Shown here one piece after another: positions 12,395-24,744 of a stretch of DNA of 64,000 bases (positions are counted from its first letter, which is position 1; each line of letters opens with the position of its first letter). A program made the position numbers and the translations under genes. The notes beneath the pieces were generated by a model. It did no database searches, was not told the origin of the DNA, and worked only from the letters and a program-made list of their open reading frames with translations. The stretch spans positions 1-64,000 of the forward strand of contig MQRK01219504.1 of assembly GCA_001938485.1 (NCBI GenBank), in the 5' to 3' direction. Origin of the DNA: Girardia tigrina. Its lineage: Eukaryota.

Positions 12395-15300
12395 GGTCTA
12401 TCATGAATGAAAAAAATCTGTAAGTTCCATTTTCGGAAGTCATAAAAAGTTGACCCGACTTGTTTGGAATGTATTCAATAAAAAATAACTAAATTTTTTT
12501 GTTATTACCGCCCGCCAATGAATCAAAGATTTGGACCTTATAATAAATATGAATAATTACAGTACAGATTGAGATATTTTAGTCAAAGTTCCAAGCGTGC
12601 TTAGAGGAATAAATAGGAATAGCTTTTCTAGACAGAAGTCTAGCTCGGATATAGCCATCTCTTCGCATATGACCAATCATCTATATGTGCACGAGGCTTT
12701 GCTAAGGTATTTAGAAGAATTTGTCCATTATAATCCATGATAACGACGGATACTACGCGGAACTTTTTGTGGTTGTCCCTAGCAAACTCTGCGTCGAGGA
12801 ATCTCAGGCGACTTTGTAGTTCCGTTAAGGGCAGCACTTTTCTCAAAAAGGATGCTCGTTGAGCTATTAGTTTTTCGCTAACGCGAAGATCTGACTGGAC
12901 GTATAAAAAGGATCTTGTTTGGAAAGGGTTAATTGTATTGTTAAAAAGAAAATACTTGATAGCGAATATGGCCACCCCTCGAGCGGGTAATATTCGGATA
13001 TCATTTAATTTTTCTTTTTCGTCCGTGTCTATATTGTCTGAAAACTGGACTTGCACGGACCTACGGACGGGTAAATTGAATTTTGATGAGCCGTCCCCGA
13101 TAATGAGTGGAGAGGAGACTGCGTGTATGCACATTCCTATCACTCTAAAATGCGGGTTGTTTGAGGTTGTCGAAATATTTTCCCGATATACCCCCATAAT
13201 ATCCGAGACGCGAAATAATCTGGCGCCGTTTACTTTTACGACTCGCATACGCTTGTTAAAGTCGTTATATACGATCGTATTTGGGTATACATTTGACTGT
13301 GTCTTCCGTTACCAGTTTGACATGACGTGTAACAGTTTGAGAGTGACATGGAATATTCGGGAATTAGAATTTCTTAGATGCTTTTACGGCTGCATCAATA
13401 TCTTTATCACTAATATTGGCTAGCAATGGAGGCTCTCCTTGTTCACAATCATCCCAATTCACCAGATCACAGTAACTGTCAGCTTGAAAGTTTATTGAGG
13501 GAATGCGAAATCTTCTTACACAATGCTAAGTCTTCATACTTTGTCTTTCTTCTTTGATTATTCTTAGTGCCGCTTGTGATCCTTCCTTTTCTTCGTCAAC
13601 TAGCATGGGCAAAATGATATTTTTTAGGTGAACAAAATAACCGTTTCTTTGTACGCATGCATCCGCAACATGACGACTATCATCAGGAAGAAAACGGGAG
13701 AATTTAATTAGGCTCCATACGTGCATGCTCTTGATAGCACTGATGATTCGATTTCATACGAAACCACATCAGCGCATAAACGAGAAGAATATAATCTATT
13801 AAGACAAGAAGTTCCTCTGATGATGACGCAGTTGAGACATAAAGTCGCAGAAATCTGTTTGCTGCAGTGAGCCATCGTGAATGTACTAATTTACCTGGCT
13901 CTCTCTTTTCAAGAGTGGAGGAAACAGAGCCACACTTTATTGCCTCACATATTTTGTAAAGGTACTCCTGATCTTTACTCAATTCTTTCCGAACAACAGG
14001 TTGGATTTGACATGGCAGGCAATTTTCCCTTACCTCAAAATTAACAATATTCATATCAGGACAATGAAGCAGTTTCTTTCCTATTTCCCCTATGAAAGCT
14101 TTCTGACCAGCAGCACATCCATCAAGTTGTAATAGAAGGTGTTTTAGAGAAGCTCATTGAAATGGACGATCTCCTCTGTAACGGTATCCTCAAATGCAAT
14201 TCTAATAATCTGATAACACCATTGTTGATGACTATGTTAACGTTTGTGACATCTCCCCCGATTGCCCTGAGATTTTTCATGCTGATATTATTTTCGTTGA
14301 AATAATCCCGTATAGCTACAAAAATGTCCCTTGGTGAGCGACTTTCAGGTGCTACATGGCTAAGAAATTTCGAATTTAGTTCTTCAACAAGCACAAAGTG
14401 TTCTTCAACAATTATACGTTAGGAATCTGTCGAGATTTCTCACAGCGTCATGTTTTCTCCGGTCAAAAAATAATGATTGTGGGAAGTTTGCGGATAAAGC
14501 CAGTGTTGCTTCTTTAGACAACTTCGCTCGTATCTTTTCTCTCTAACGCCACAATTTAGCACGGTCACTAATTAAAGAGCTATTCTCCCTACCGATAACA
14601 CCATAATCAATTAACGTTGCCGTAACAATGGCAGCACCAGTAGCATTGGAAACCCCATATCTGTCACATTCCCTAGCAACTGTAGGCAGTTCTATAAAAT
14701 TTCTCTCTGATGTTCCTTCACCTTTGGCATAAAGCTTTCTTCTAGAGAACAGCCGTCTTCTTCTAATACTCTTTCATCACCACCGTCCTCTACTCTATCC
14801 ACTGCATAGTAATTTTTGACTTTGGTTCTTTCATAGTATCGTTTTAGCTTCACTTGTCTTTCATTTTTTATTTGTAACTTTGATGTTGCTTTTTTATCAA
14901 TTCCACCGATTCGCATTTGCCTCGTTGTTCTTTGATCGACCAAGAATTTCTGTTCTAATGATGGAACTTTAAATTTTTTTGAGCAATTAAAGGTGAGAAA
15001 GTGAACACACTGACAAACTGCAATGAAAGGTGAGAAAGTGAACACACTGACAAACTGCAATATCAAACAACTTGTGACTATCTTCAACATCTTTCTCCAT
15101 GGCCAATTTTTTGTATTCTCCCATTTTCTTCAGAGTATTCTTGTAATCGTTCAGCAAATTTTCTAACCTGTTTTCGATTCTTCTTTGTGAAAGAACAGGG
15201 ACACCAGATTTCTTCCATATTTCCATTATCACCATTGTATCACACGAAAGAATTTTCTTGCATTTAGTATTGCTTGTTTCATTCTCCTGAAGATGAAAGT

Positions 15301-15914
15301 AAAATCTCATCACATCTCCATTTGTCGGCAATAGATTAGGAGGCAAGTCTCTGGGAAATCCATAAATGGGTTTCTTGTGTTTTGTACGAGCTGTTGTCAT
15401 AACTGTCATTATAAAACAAAATTATATCATACATTACAGTCAAATTTAAAAATGCAGTAAATAAATTCATAAATATAGAAAAAAGCATTTCATACTAAAT
15501 GATGACATGGCAACATATTGGGTATTTAAACTGTCAATTGTAGAAATCTATAAATATAAATTATCTGAAAATTTAAAATAGTTAAAAACACACATGTATA
15601 GCATGTAAACATGTATGTGTTGTTCTCGGTCTAGGACTCTAGGCACTATTTAAGTGATGGTATTGATAATAAGCGTATATAAACACATTGACTGAATGCA
15701 AATTAGAGCACTTATATAGACATAGAAGCAAAACTCATCAAAAAAACAATTTTCATATGCGACGCCACTGAACATTTATTCCAGCAAAATTTGAATTGTC
15801 GGGAGGTAAAAACGCAGTTTAAACAAACTTTTTTTGTCATATATGAACAATATTTGACTTGCATCAACTTTTTATCACTACAGAAACACACCTTTATGAC
15901 AACGATACACCCTT
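12392..15914 (-). mobile_element. hAT-superfamily (hATm-like) transposon with pseudogenised transposase, inserted in (TA)n
   Basis: Ends TAGGGTCTATC / GATACACCCTT with shared subterminal ATAAAAAGTTGA. Fragments LPTNGDVMR, LFDIAVCQC, AIGGDVTNVN..GVIRLLE, HSRWLTAANRFLRLY, QRNGYFVH, PCHSQTVTRHVKLVTE, RDGYIRARLLSRK. Confidence 0.85.
12685..13300 (-). pseudogene. Captured ORF fragment ending in the N-terminal part of a DEDDh (REX4/ISG20-like) 3'-5' exonuclease
   Basis: Stop-free about 200 codons; LRFLDAEF...VVSVVIMDYNGQILLNTLAKPRAHID matches ExoI and the following strands. It interrupts the transposase between KLVTE and IGHMRRDG. Confidence 0.7.
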
Positions 15915-16569
15915 ATATATATAATATAAATCTCATTTCTATGCTCCAGATATGTTGGATTTCAAATAAGCAATTAAAAATTAAAATTTATGAAACTGTT
16001 TTAAGACTCTGAAATACACTTGCAAGATTGATATCTGAAAAAAGTGCTTTGATATTATTTTATTTACAGTCTATTTCCCTTGACTATTGAAACGACAGAG
16101 AAAATGAAGTCTCTTTTTGATACAGATCTAGTACTAAGAATTCAATTTTTTATAACGTGTTTTATTGCTCCACTTTTCATACTCCAGTAGACATATACAT
16201 AGAATGGCAATTAAACCGAACTCTTACGCCATGCGCCTCATTTGCTTTTCAATTTCAATGAAAATCACAATATTTTTCATTATTAATCTACTTATATTTT
16301 TACAATTGCATTAATTTTTTTTAGAAAAGATAGAAAAAAATGAGAATACATACTTGAATTACTTTAGGATTAGTAAAAATAAAACATTTGAAATTGTTTT
16401 CTTTACATATTTATTAAGAAGAAAAACAAAATTAAGTAAAAATTGTTTGTCCTATTTTCTTGTTCTAAGTCATGAACAGGAGTAAACTCATAAATTATTA
16501 TTAAAATAATATAAAAATATAACTGAGTTAATGTTTAAATTATTTATAGAATTTATATTAATTAAGATA

Positions 16570-18575
16570 TTTGTTAGGAACATTTTAAATTGTCTGAATG
16601 TGTGAAATTATTGATGATTTATATTGATTTGAGTATGTTGAATTTAGAATGGTGATTCTCCCACCAGATGGAAATTGATATTTTTTTAAATTTAAAGTAA
16701 TTGACTATTCGAACATAATTAAAATAATAATTTGAAAAGTTTATATTTTTTAAATTAACAATTTTAATTAAGTTTAATATTTTTAAAGAAAAGAAAAGCA
16801 TTTAATTAAATTTAAATAACATTTATAAGATTTAAATTAAAGTCATTTGTAATAATTTGATAACATTTTTATAATTTTGTGTTTGTTAAGAGAACTCACA
16901 CATTTGTCAGAACATTTATTATATTCACAATTTTTATCATCTTTATGATGATCAACAGTAAGGCTTTCACTAGATTCCATCAATCAATTTTTCAANNNNN
17001 NNNNNNNNNNNNNNNNNNNNNNNNNNNNNNNNNNNNNNNNNNNNNNNNNNNNNNNNNNNNNNNNNNNNNNNNNNNNNNNNNNNNNNNNNNNNNNNNNNNN
17101 NNNNNNNNNNNNNNNNNNNNNNNNNNNNNNNNNNNNNNNNNNNNNNNNNNNNNNNNNNNNNNNNNNNNNNNNNNNNNNNNNNNNNNNNNNNNNNNNNNNN
17201 NNNNNNNNNNNNNNNNNNNNNNNNNNTATAAAAATTAAATATTGACAATCCATCTGGTTAGGAGAGGTACAATCCCAAATCAACATACAACATTTAAACA
17301 TACAAAAACTACACAAAAACATCCACACACCAAATATTCCTCACAGTGTTTTTATTTAGAAATTATTTAAATTATTATTTTTAATTAATATTTTTAAAAA
17401 TTAAATATTTTAAAATGATTTAGAAAAATTATTCGAATAATCATGATTAAAAATAGAAATAATAAAACCAGTTAGAGCGATGTCAAACGTTGAAAGAGTT
17501 TCTGAGAGTTGTAATGACTCTAAATCTAATTGCAATAAACATTCAAATGAGACTTGTCTCAATGTTCTTAATAGTATTAATGATGGGGAATGGGTTGGAT
17601 TTGTAAATAATTAACGGTAATTTCTAAATTTTAGCAAGGTGGGAAAAATAGAATAAATCTTAATGGACAAGATGTGTAGAGTTAATTGTAACTTGGAACC
17701 TTTGTAGAAATTTAATTTCTGGCCAAAGAAGAATCTGACGTTTGCTTATCAATCAATCGAGTATCCCTTGGGATCATAACATAGCGATATCTCTACGAAT
17801 CTTTAGTTCAATCTTTCAAATCAAGTGCCAAATCTTTACCAGAAAAAATTGAAATTACCTTTAATTTTGCTCTAAATTTCTTGAAATTTTAAAATCGTTA
17901 AACTTTACCTTTTCTAAAACACGGTTCTAAACTTTTTTAGGGTTGAAAAAAATATTCAAATGGTTGTGACATACGTTATTACATAGTATATATTAATATG
18001 TATTAAAAAATTTAAAAAATCGATTTGAACATTGATTGTTGAATTAGTTTTATGTTAATGAAATAAATTGATTATTCTAGCATTGTGAGAAATATAATTG
18101 AATGGTGTTTATTGTGTGTTGTTTGGTATGTTGTTTTAGGATTGTGTTTCTCCCACCCAGATGGAAGATTGATATCTTAAATATTTTAAAACGTCGAGTT
18201 GTTTAATCAATTATTAAAAGTTAAATAATCACTTTAAAATTAAACTAATATTTCATAAATAATATTCTAATAATAATTTCTTAAAATAAATAAAAATTAT
18301 TTTAAATTTCAAGTATAAATAATTTTTGTAATAATTAAATTATAATTTAAAGTATAAATTATTTTTGTAATGATTAAATTGTATTTTAAATGTGTTTGAA
18401 TAATAAGACGTTAAAGAATATTATTAAAGATTATCAATCAAGAACGATGACGAGCTACGCAAGTTTTACGGAGAATTGTTGTAGTGGCAATTCAAATTGT
18501 GATAATAATAAATGTAAAGGAAACTCAATTAATGTTCTTAATAAGCATAATTATTTCTTTGAATCTATTTTTTAA
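16570..18575 (+). repeat. Two tandem copies, plus one inverted insert, of a dispersed repeat family (GT-rich tract, CCCACCCAGATGG, Cys/Asn-rich ORF start)
   Basis: Motif at 16661, 18152 and inverted at 17250. ORF starts at 17480 (MSNVERVSESCNDSKSNC..CLNVLN) and 18447 (MTSYASFTENCCSGNSNCDNNKC..NVLN). Confidence 0.8.
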
Positions 18576-20019
18576 ATTGAAGACATTTTCTGTTCTCAAT
18601 AAAAATAAACACAAAAATGCCGACAGTCAATAATATTGAATTGATAACGTTTCATGCTGTGGTGGTGCTATTAAGAGCGGGTGTTGAGTAACGTGGCTGC
18701 AGAACTGTAGCGCCGGTTGGGTGTACCTGGTTGGTGCGGAGATGATCAATTTTATCTCACTGTTACAAGCCTCGGAAACTAATCGAATCCCGTTGGACTT
18801 GCTGCTTATAGTTATAGTCTCGATTAGTTCATTTGCGATTACCGACGTGACACAATTTGATGCAGATTATATATCTAACATATGCAGAACTCACATCACA
18901 AATCTCACGCTGGATTCTATTTTTAATGCACTTTATTGCTCCACTTTTCATACTCCTGAAGCCATATATATATAGTATTTCAATTAAACCGAACTCTTAC
19001 GCCATGTGCCTCAGTCAACGAGTTGGACGTATATTGGGAATCATATTAGTCGAATATTATTTTACATATTTTTCTTTAAAATCTAAGTTATTAAAACATT
19101 ATATCAGGAAAATATTAATATAAGATATAGTAAAAAGAAATAAAATTAGTTCTTGTAATAATCGATGGCTTTACCGTTAGTATCATTACTATCTTGTCAT
19201 TATAAAAGATTTTTGGCGCTAGGAAACTGTGTTTTAAATTTGCTCATTAGTTTCTATCTTTTACGATGACGGACCGATATCACATCAACCAGAACAAAAT
19301 TCATTGTTATATCAACATGACAGCATATTTCGGAAGAATTTAATTTATAATTTATTAGTATTAAATTTCTATATACTCTTTCTTTTTCCTTAACGGTGTA
19401 TCATGAATTATTTATTAAAGAAAGATTAGAAGAAGAGTTCATAACACGTTTAAAGGCAATGATACATCCCATGGCAATTCTCCTGATCTCAGATAGAGTG
19501 TAGACAAAGGAGAAATTATTTAAAACTTTCAAAATCTTCATCAGAAATCTTTTTACTATGTAATTTATTAAAAGAAAAATTTATCAAAAATATGTATGTC
19601 TAGGGTTTAACACATATATCAAATATTCAAGGAAGTAATAATAGAAAAAACAATTAGTCAAAAAAGTCTTAAGAAATAAAAGTAAATGGAAATATTATTC
19701 TTATTATATGCTTCAAAAGCTTCTGTTTTGCATAGGAAAGATAAAAAGTTTAACACATTATAAAAAATTAAAGAATATAGTTAAAAAAGGAAATTTAGAG
19801 TAAAGAAGAGAATCCAACCTATGGAAAAATTCATGTTTAACGAGACAGTTTCCGGTTACGTACCTCAGATTCTCACCAAAAAGTTTACTTTAAATTATTA
19901 TATGATAAGAACCGATAATTAGAATTTCTTATGCGATATAAATTTAAAAATAATAATAAATATACATGTTAAATATATTTACTTTTCCTTATGAGTTTGA
20001 TTTATATATTTGATTTATA

Positions 20020-21302
20020 TTGGGTTGGCCAAAAAGTCATTGCGTTTTTTACTAAAATATTTATTATCAAAAAATGACATGGATGCACAAATATTTTTAG
20101 ACGATATATTGTCCATTATTTTCAATCACTTTCTTCCACCTTTCCGGTAGCTTCATTATTCCTGATTCATAAAAACCTTTGCCTTTGTCAGCAAAAAAGC
20201 CGTCTAGGAACGATTTGATGTCATCATAACTGGGGAATGTTTTTCTGTTTAAGGAATTCTGCAGTGATCTAAATAAGTGAAAATCCGATGGGGCCAAGTC
20301 TGGAGAATACGGTGGGTGCGGCAAAACCTCCCAATCCAGTGATAAGAGTTTCTGACGAGTGACCAAACTTGTATGCGGTCTTGCGTTATCATGCTGAATT
20401 ACAACTCCTTTTCTATTTGCCAATTCAGGACGTTCCTGTTGAATTGAATTTGCCAATTTTTCCACCTGACCACAATATCTGTCTGAATTGATGGTTTCAT
20501 TCCTCGGAAGGAGTTCAAAAAACACAATTCCTTTAAAATCCCACCAGACGGAAAGCATAACCTTCTTTTGGTGAATCTTTGTTTTGGGATCGTTTTGGCA
20601 GGCTGACCCCGTTTTGTTCATGATCGTCGGCGTTTCACATTATTGTAAACAATCCATTTTTCGTCACCCGTAATCAAGCGCTTCAAAAATGGATCACATT
20701 GTTCTCGTTTCAAAAGGGAATCGTAAATGTCTATACGTTTCACGAAATTAATTTCTTTCAGTTCATGTGGTAACCACATATCGAGTTTACTGACGAATCC
20801 AAGTTTTTTTAAATGACTTCCAACACTTGATTTTGATATTTCCAGAGTGTCTGCAACTTCTCTTGTCGTCATATGGGGATTAGATTTGATCAGTGCTGTT
20901 ATTTTGTCGCCATCAACTTCAACTGGTCGACCGGAGCGTGGTGCATCTTTCAGATGAAACTTTTCAGAAAGAAATTTAGAAAACCATTATTGACACTGTC
21001 GAAGTTTTAAGGAGTCTCTACCATATACAAAACATATCTTCTTATGAGCTTGCACAGCGGTTTTCCCTTTGCGGAAATAATGCAACAAAACATGACGAAT
21101 ATGCTCATTTTGATTTTCCATTTCGAATCGACAGTAAAGTAATAAATAAAAACAAAATCAATTATTATTTTGTATAAACATAGTCTGAAAATTAAGGTTT
21201 CAGAATATATAAGTGAATTTAAATTTTATCACATCATTTTATATTTTCAAGCTTTTTATTAGGACGTACTCAAAAACGCAATGACTTTTTTGGCCAACCC
21301 AA
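20020..21302 (-). mobile_element. Full-length mariner (mellifera-like); transposase 21121-20097 with one stop and one frameshift
   Basis: TIRs TTGGGTTGGCCAAAAA(A)GTCATTGCGTTTTT, TA target duplication, WLPHEL, TGDEKW, HDNARPH, YSPDLAPSD (DD34D). Confidence 0.97.
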
Positions 21303-22704
21303 TATTTAACAAAGTGCTTCTTTTGAGACAATACTGTCAATTTCCTTGTTGAAATTGCTGTTTTATATATTGATGTTTCCTAAATCAGAAAACTTTCTGC
21401 ATTTAATCAACTCAGCAAGTCGTCCGCGTTTGGCATAAAAATACTTGTCTGACAGAAACTTTATTTAACTGTCGGGAATCCGTACAAACATGGATTTTTT
21501 TGTTTCTACGTTTTCTATAAACATACGTCAACAAATTTCTACGGAGAGACAAATGTTTCTATAATGTTTGATAATCTAATTGGATTTTTCTTCAAAATGT
21601 TTTGATTGTCTGGGAGACTTCACTAACATTGGTTTAATATGTTTATCTCCTTACCGCTTTTCAGAAATGTTTATTATATTAAATTCTGTTTAAAAATACA
21701 TTAGTTGTTCATGAATTTTACTACTATGTAATTTATTTTATTTTTTTAATATTTCTTCGGCTGTTGGGTTTTTTTTAATCATAAATACTTGATTCTTTTT
21801 TGCTTCTATCTTCGCCATTATATAAGAACACTAATATAATTTTAAACACTTTTATAACTTTCAGAAACAATATCAAAACATTTGTAATTTTCCGTCGTGC
21901 TTTATACACTCGTTCTTACATCCAAAAAGTTAGATATAATGTCGAGCTTTAATATCTGGGAAATTTCTCCATTTTTTATTTTAAATTCTTTTTGATTTAT
22001 CTCACTATTACAAAAAGTTTACATCAAATTCTTTTTTCCAAAATCTTATTTGAACACTTTGTGAGGATTATTTTTTAGTAAATATTTATTTTATCAATTA
22101 TATCTATATTTATTGTTTATTGGGGCACATTGATCATATCCTCTTGTGACCGAGCATTATTGTTTCTCCTATCATTTTCGTACGTTTATCTGAAAAATTC
22201 TCTTCGATACCTTTCCTTTTTTTGACTGTATCTTCATTGTATTCACTGTAGTCATTACATTTATTGATTTCCTCAACATAGAATTTTCGTTTTTTATTAC
22301 AATATGCTGTACATTTTTGTCTTTTAATTGTTATATCTAACGTAAAGCTTTCTAACATATTTTACATGTTTCTGTTGCATTTTTTGTAATGCATTTTTTA
22401 GATGCATTGAGATTATTTTACATTTAGACAGTTTCTACTCAGATTATCTTTTTCATGAAATATTCATAAATACATCTACTAATAAAACAAACAGAATTTA
22501 TCATCAGTCATGATTTCCATATTTCCATACATACAATTTAAAAGTATTTCACAAAATTATCGAAACTTAGGTCGTATCCACAATAAAGAACAACCAAGAT
22601 GACAATCAATATTTATTTACTTTAACTAAAATATTGAATCCGCATGAACTCTCATATTCACATTAAAAATCAATTTACACAATTTTTAATTAAGAAAAAT
22701 ATAA

Positions 22705-22958
22705 TAATTATGTAATCAAAATTCGAGAGCCAATTGAAAATATTTATTAATTTCGAAGGTTTAACCGTCATCGTCAGAACAAATGATTTTTCAAACGAAA
22801 TTTACTTATAGTGCAGTTAATGATTATGTAATCAATACATAATCATTTACTGCACTATATAAGTAAATTTCGTTTGAAAAATCATTTGTTCTGACGATGA
22901 CGGTTAAACCTTCGAAATTAATAAATATTTTCAATTGGCTTTCAAATTTTGATTTTAA
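22705..22958. repeat. Near-perfect palindrome (about 120-bp arms), each arm with a hammerhead motif (22745-22779 on -, 22891-22925 on +)
   Basis: Arms are reverse complements around tgattatgtaatcaatacataatca. Each contains CTGACGA-TGACGG-ttaaa-CCTTC-GAAA-TTAATA. Confidence 0.9.
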
Positions 22959-23061
22959 TAATCTGCCAATTTTATTTCAATTTATTCGCAATTATGTAAT
23001 CATTAATTAATAATCAAGAGATAAGTAATTTTTCTATGATTATGTAATCAATTGTGTATTA

Positions 23062-23706
23062 AAGACTTAAAAAATTTAAAAATTAAAAATTTTAAAATAA
23101 AATTCATACTCTTGATTATAAATTAAAGCCATTTTTCAAAATTTATTGTAATTACTGTCGGAGAATGAGAATTATGTAATAAAGGCTCTATTTGAAAATG
23201 TTTAACAGAGAAGTTGAGTGTGAAACCTGAATATTAATTTTTGGATCCATGGATCTTATTAATAAGGTCGCACACGTTACTTTCTCACAGTAATTTTTAA
23301 ATCGATTTCACATAATTTAATAATCCTTTTCATCAATTTTTTTAACATTTTAAATTATGTTCGGCAATATTGCTCCCATTATCAAACCGACTATGCTCTT
23401 TGATCTGTTTGCAGAGATGACGAAATGTCTCACCAATGAATGTGGCGTTACATCCATTACATGTATATTTATAAACAAGATCGGAGCACAGACTGAGAGG
23501 AGTAGGGGATTTATTGCTGAAAAATAAGATCCATGGATCGAAAAATTAATATTCAAGCTTCACACTCAACTTCTCTGTTAAACATTTTCAAATAGAGCCT
23601 TTATTACATGATTCTCATTCTCCGACAGCAATTACAATAAATTTTGAAAAATGGCTTTAATTTTTAATCAAGAGTATGAATTTTATTTTAAAATTTTTAT
23701 TTTAAA
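23062..23706. repeat. Inverted repeat (about 190-bp arms, about 260-bp spacer), possibly of an L1/Tx1 ORF2 C-terminal region
   Basis: About 23062-23260 versus the reverse complement at 23523-23706, with scattered mismatches. Remnant translation CNYC...NINFWIHGSY. Confidence 0.85.
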
Positions 23707-24744
23707 GTTAAAACTATATTAAAATTTACAATAAATAATTTTAGATAATAGGAATTTAAAAATAATATTAAGCCACCAGGGTTTCAGAGAACCCCTACTA
23801 AAATAAAATACAAAAATACAACTCAAACCATAAGAAAATATTCCTCATAATGAATGATAAATCAAATAAGATAAAAAAAATTAAAATCTTTTTTTAATAA
23901 TTATTTTTTCTTTAGAAAAACTTAAACCTAAAACAATTAAATACAAAATATGAGATCGAAATTTAAAAATGGAACAATTAAAATTTTCGCAAATTAATCT
24001 TTACCTTAAAATTAATTTCTTATCGAATTTTGATAAAAAAGGAAATAATAATAATAATCACAATACTAATAATATTTTTTTATCTCGATTATTTTTAATA
24101 ACGATAAAAAAAAGAAAAAAACATTTTCCTCAATTTTCATCGTATTTTAATTTTTATTGAATTTTTTTAAAGAAAAAAAATGAAATAAGGAAAAAATATA
24201 AATTTTAATTCTAATAAATGTATTATATTCAATATTCTTATGAGAAGGTTGATGAAATTTTTGAATTAATATTCTTCGCGGACAAATTAAATTTGCAATC
24301 CTCAATATATATTTTTTCTGATTTGTGAAACAAAATCCCCAAAATTCACTCGAATGTTCAGCAAGTCATATTTGCATTAATTATACAATAGACTTATCAA
24401 TTTAACTCAATCACATTACACAGCTAAAATTAAAATAAATTTCCAAAAAAAATATAAACAATTTTCCATCTCCCAATCTACAATGGTTTTTAAACTAATG
24501 AGGAAGTTGATGTCTTGTTTGGTTTACTGATGATGGTTTATTTTATTTTTTTTATAATGAATAATATAAAAAATACACCTGATTTATTTCATCTTTTTGT
24601 CTTAATAATTTTTAAAAATATTATTTTATTCTAAGTTGTGCAATTTAAATGTTTATAACAATTTATTAGTAATTTATTTTTAATTTAAGTATTGATTTAT
24701 TTAACATTAAAAGATTTAAACATAAAGACAGGTATTTAGAAAGA

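Larger units (their letters stand above)
19200..22960 (-). mobile_element. Decayed Penelope-like retroelement (RT + GIY-YIG) with inverted pseudo-LTR, interrupted by a mariner
   Basis: Minus-strand remnants FISRCIYE (N-term, about 22480), PCLYGFPTVK (about 21480; P.LYGLPK), NNFSF..IAMG (about 19470-19520) and an endonuclease C-term-like segment (about 19220-19370). Hammerhead motifs upstream. Confidence 0.7.

Noticed and set aside
12938-13423. 161-aa plus-strand ORF, and similar ORFs at 9516, 45676, 57403 and 59391
   Set aside because: Antisense shadows of transposase, RT or exonuclease frames.
18085-18175. Minus-strand LPSGWEKH resembles a WW domain
   Set aside because: The aromatic doublet and second Trp/Pro are missing, and other copies have a stop or frameshift there; better explained as a nucleotide motif.
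16570-18200. Stop-codon reassignment suggested by in-frame TGA/TAG in repeats
   Set aside because: Stops come with frameshifts and differ between copies, as expected for neutral decay.
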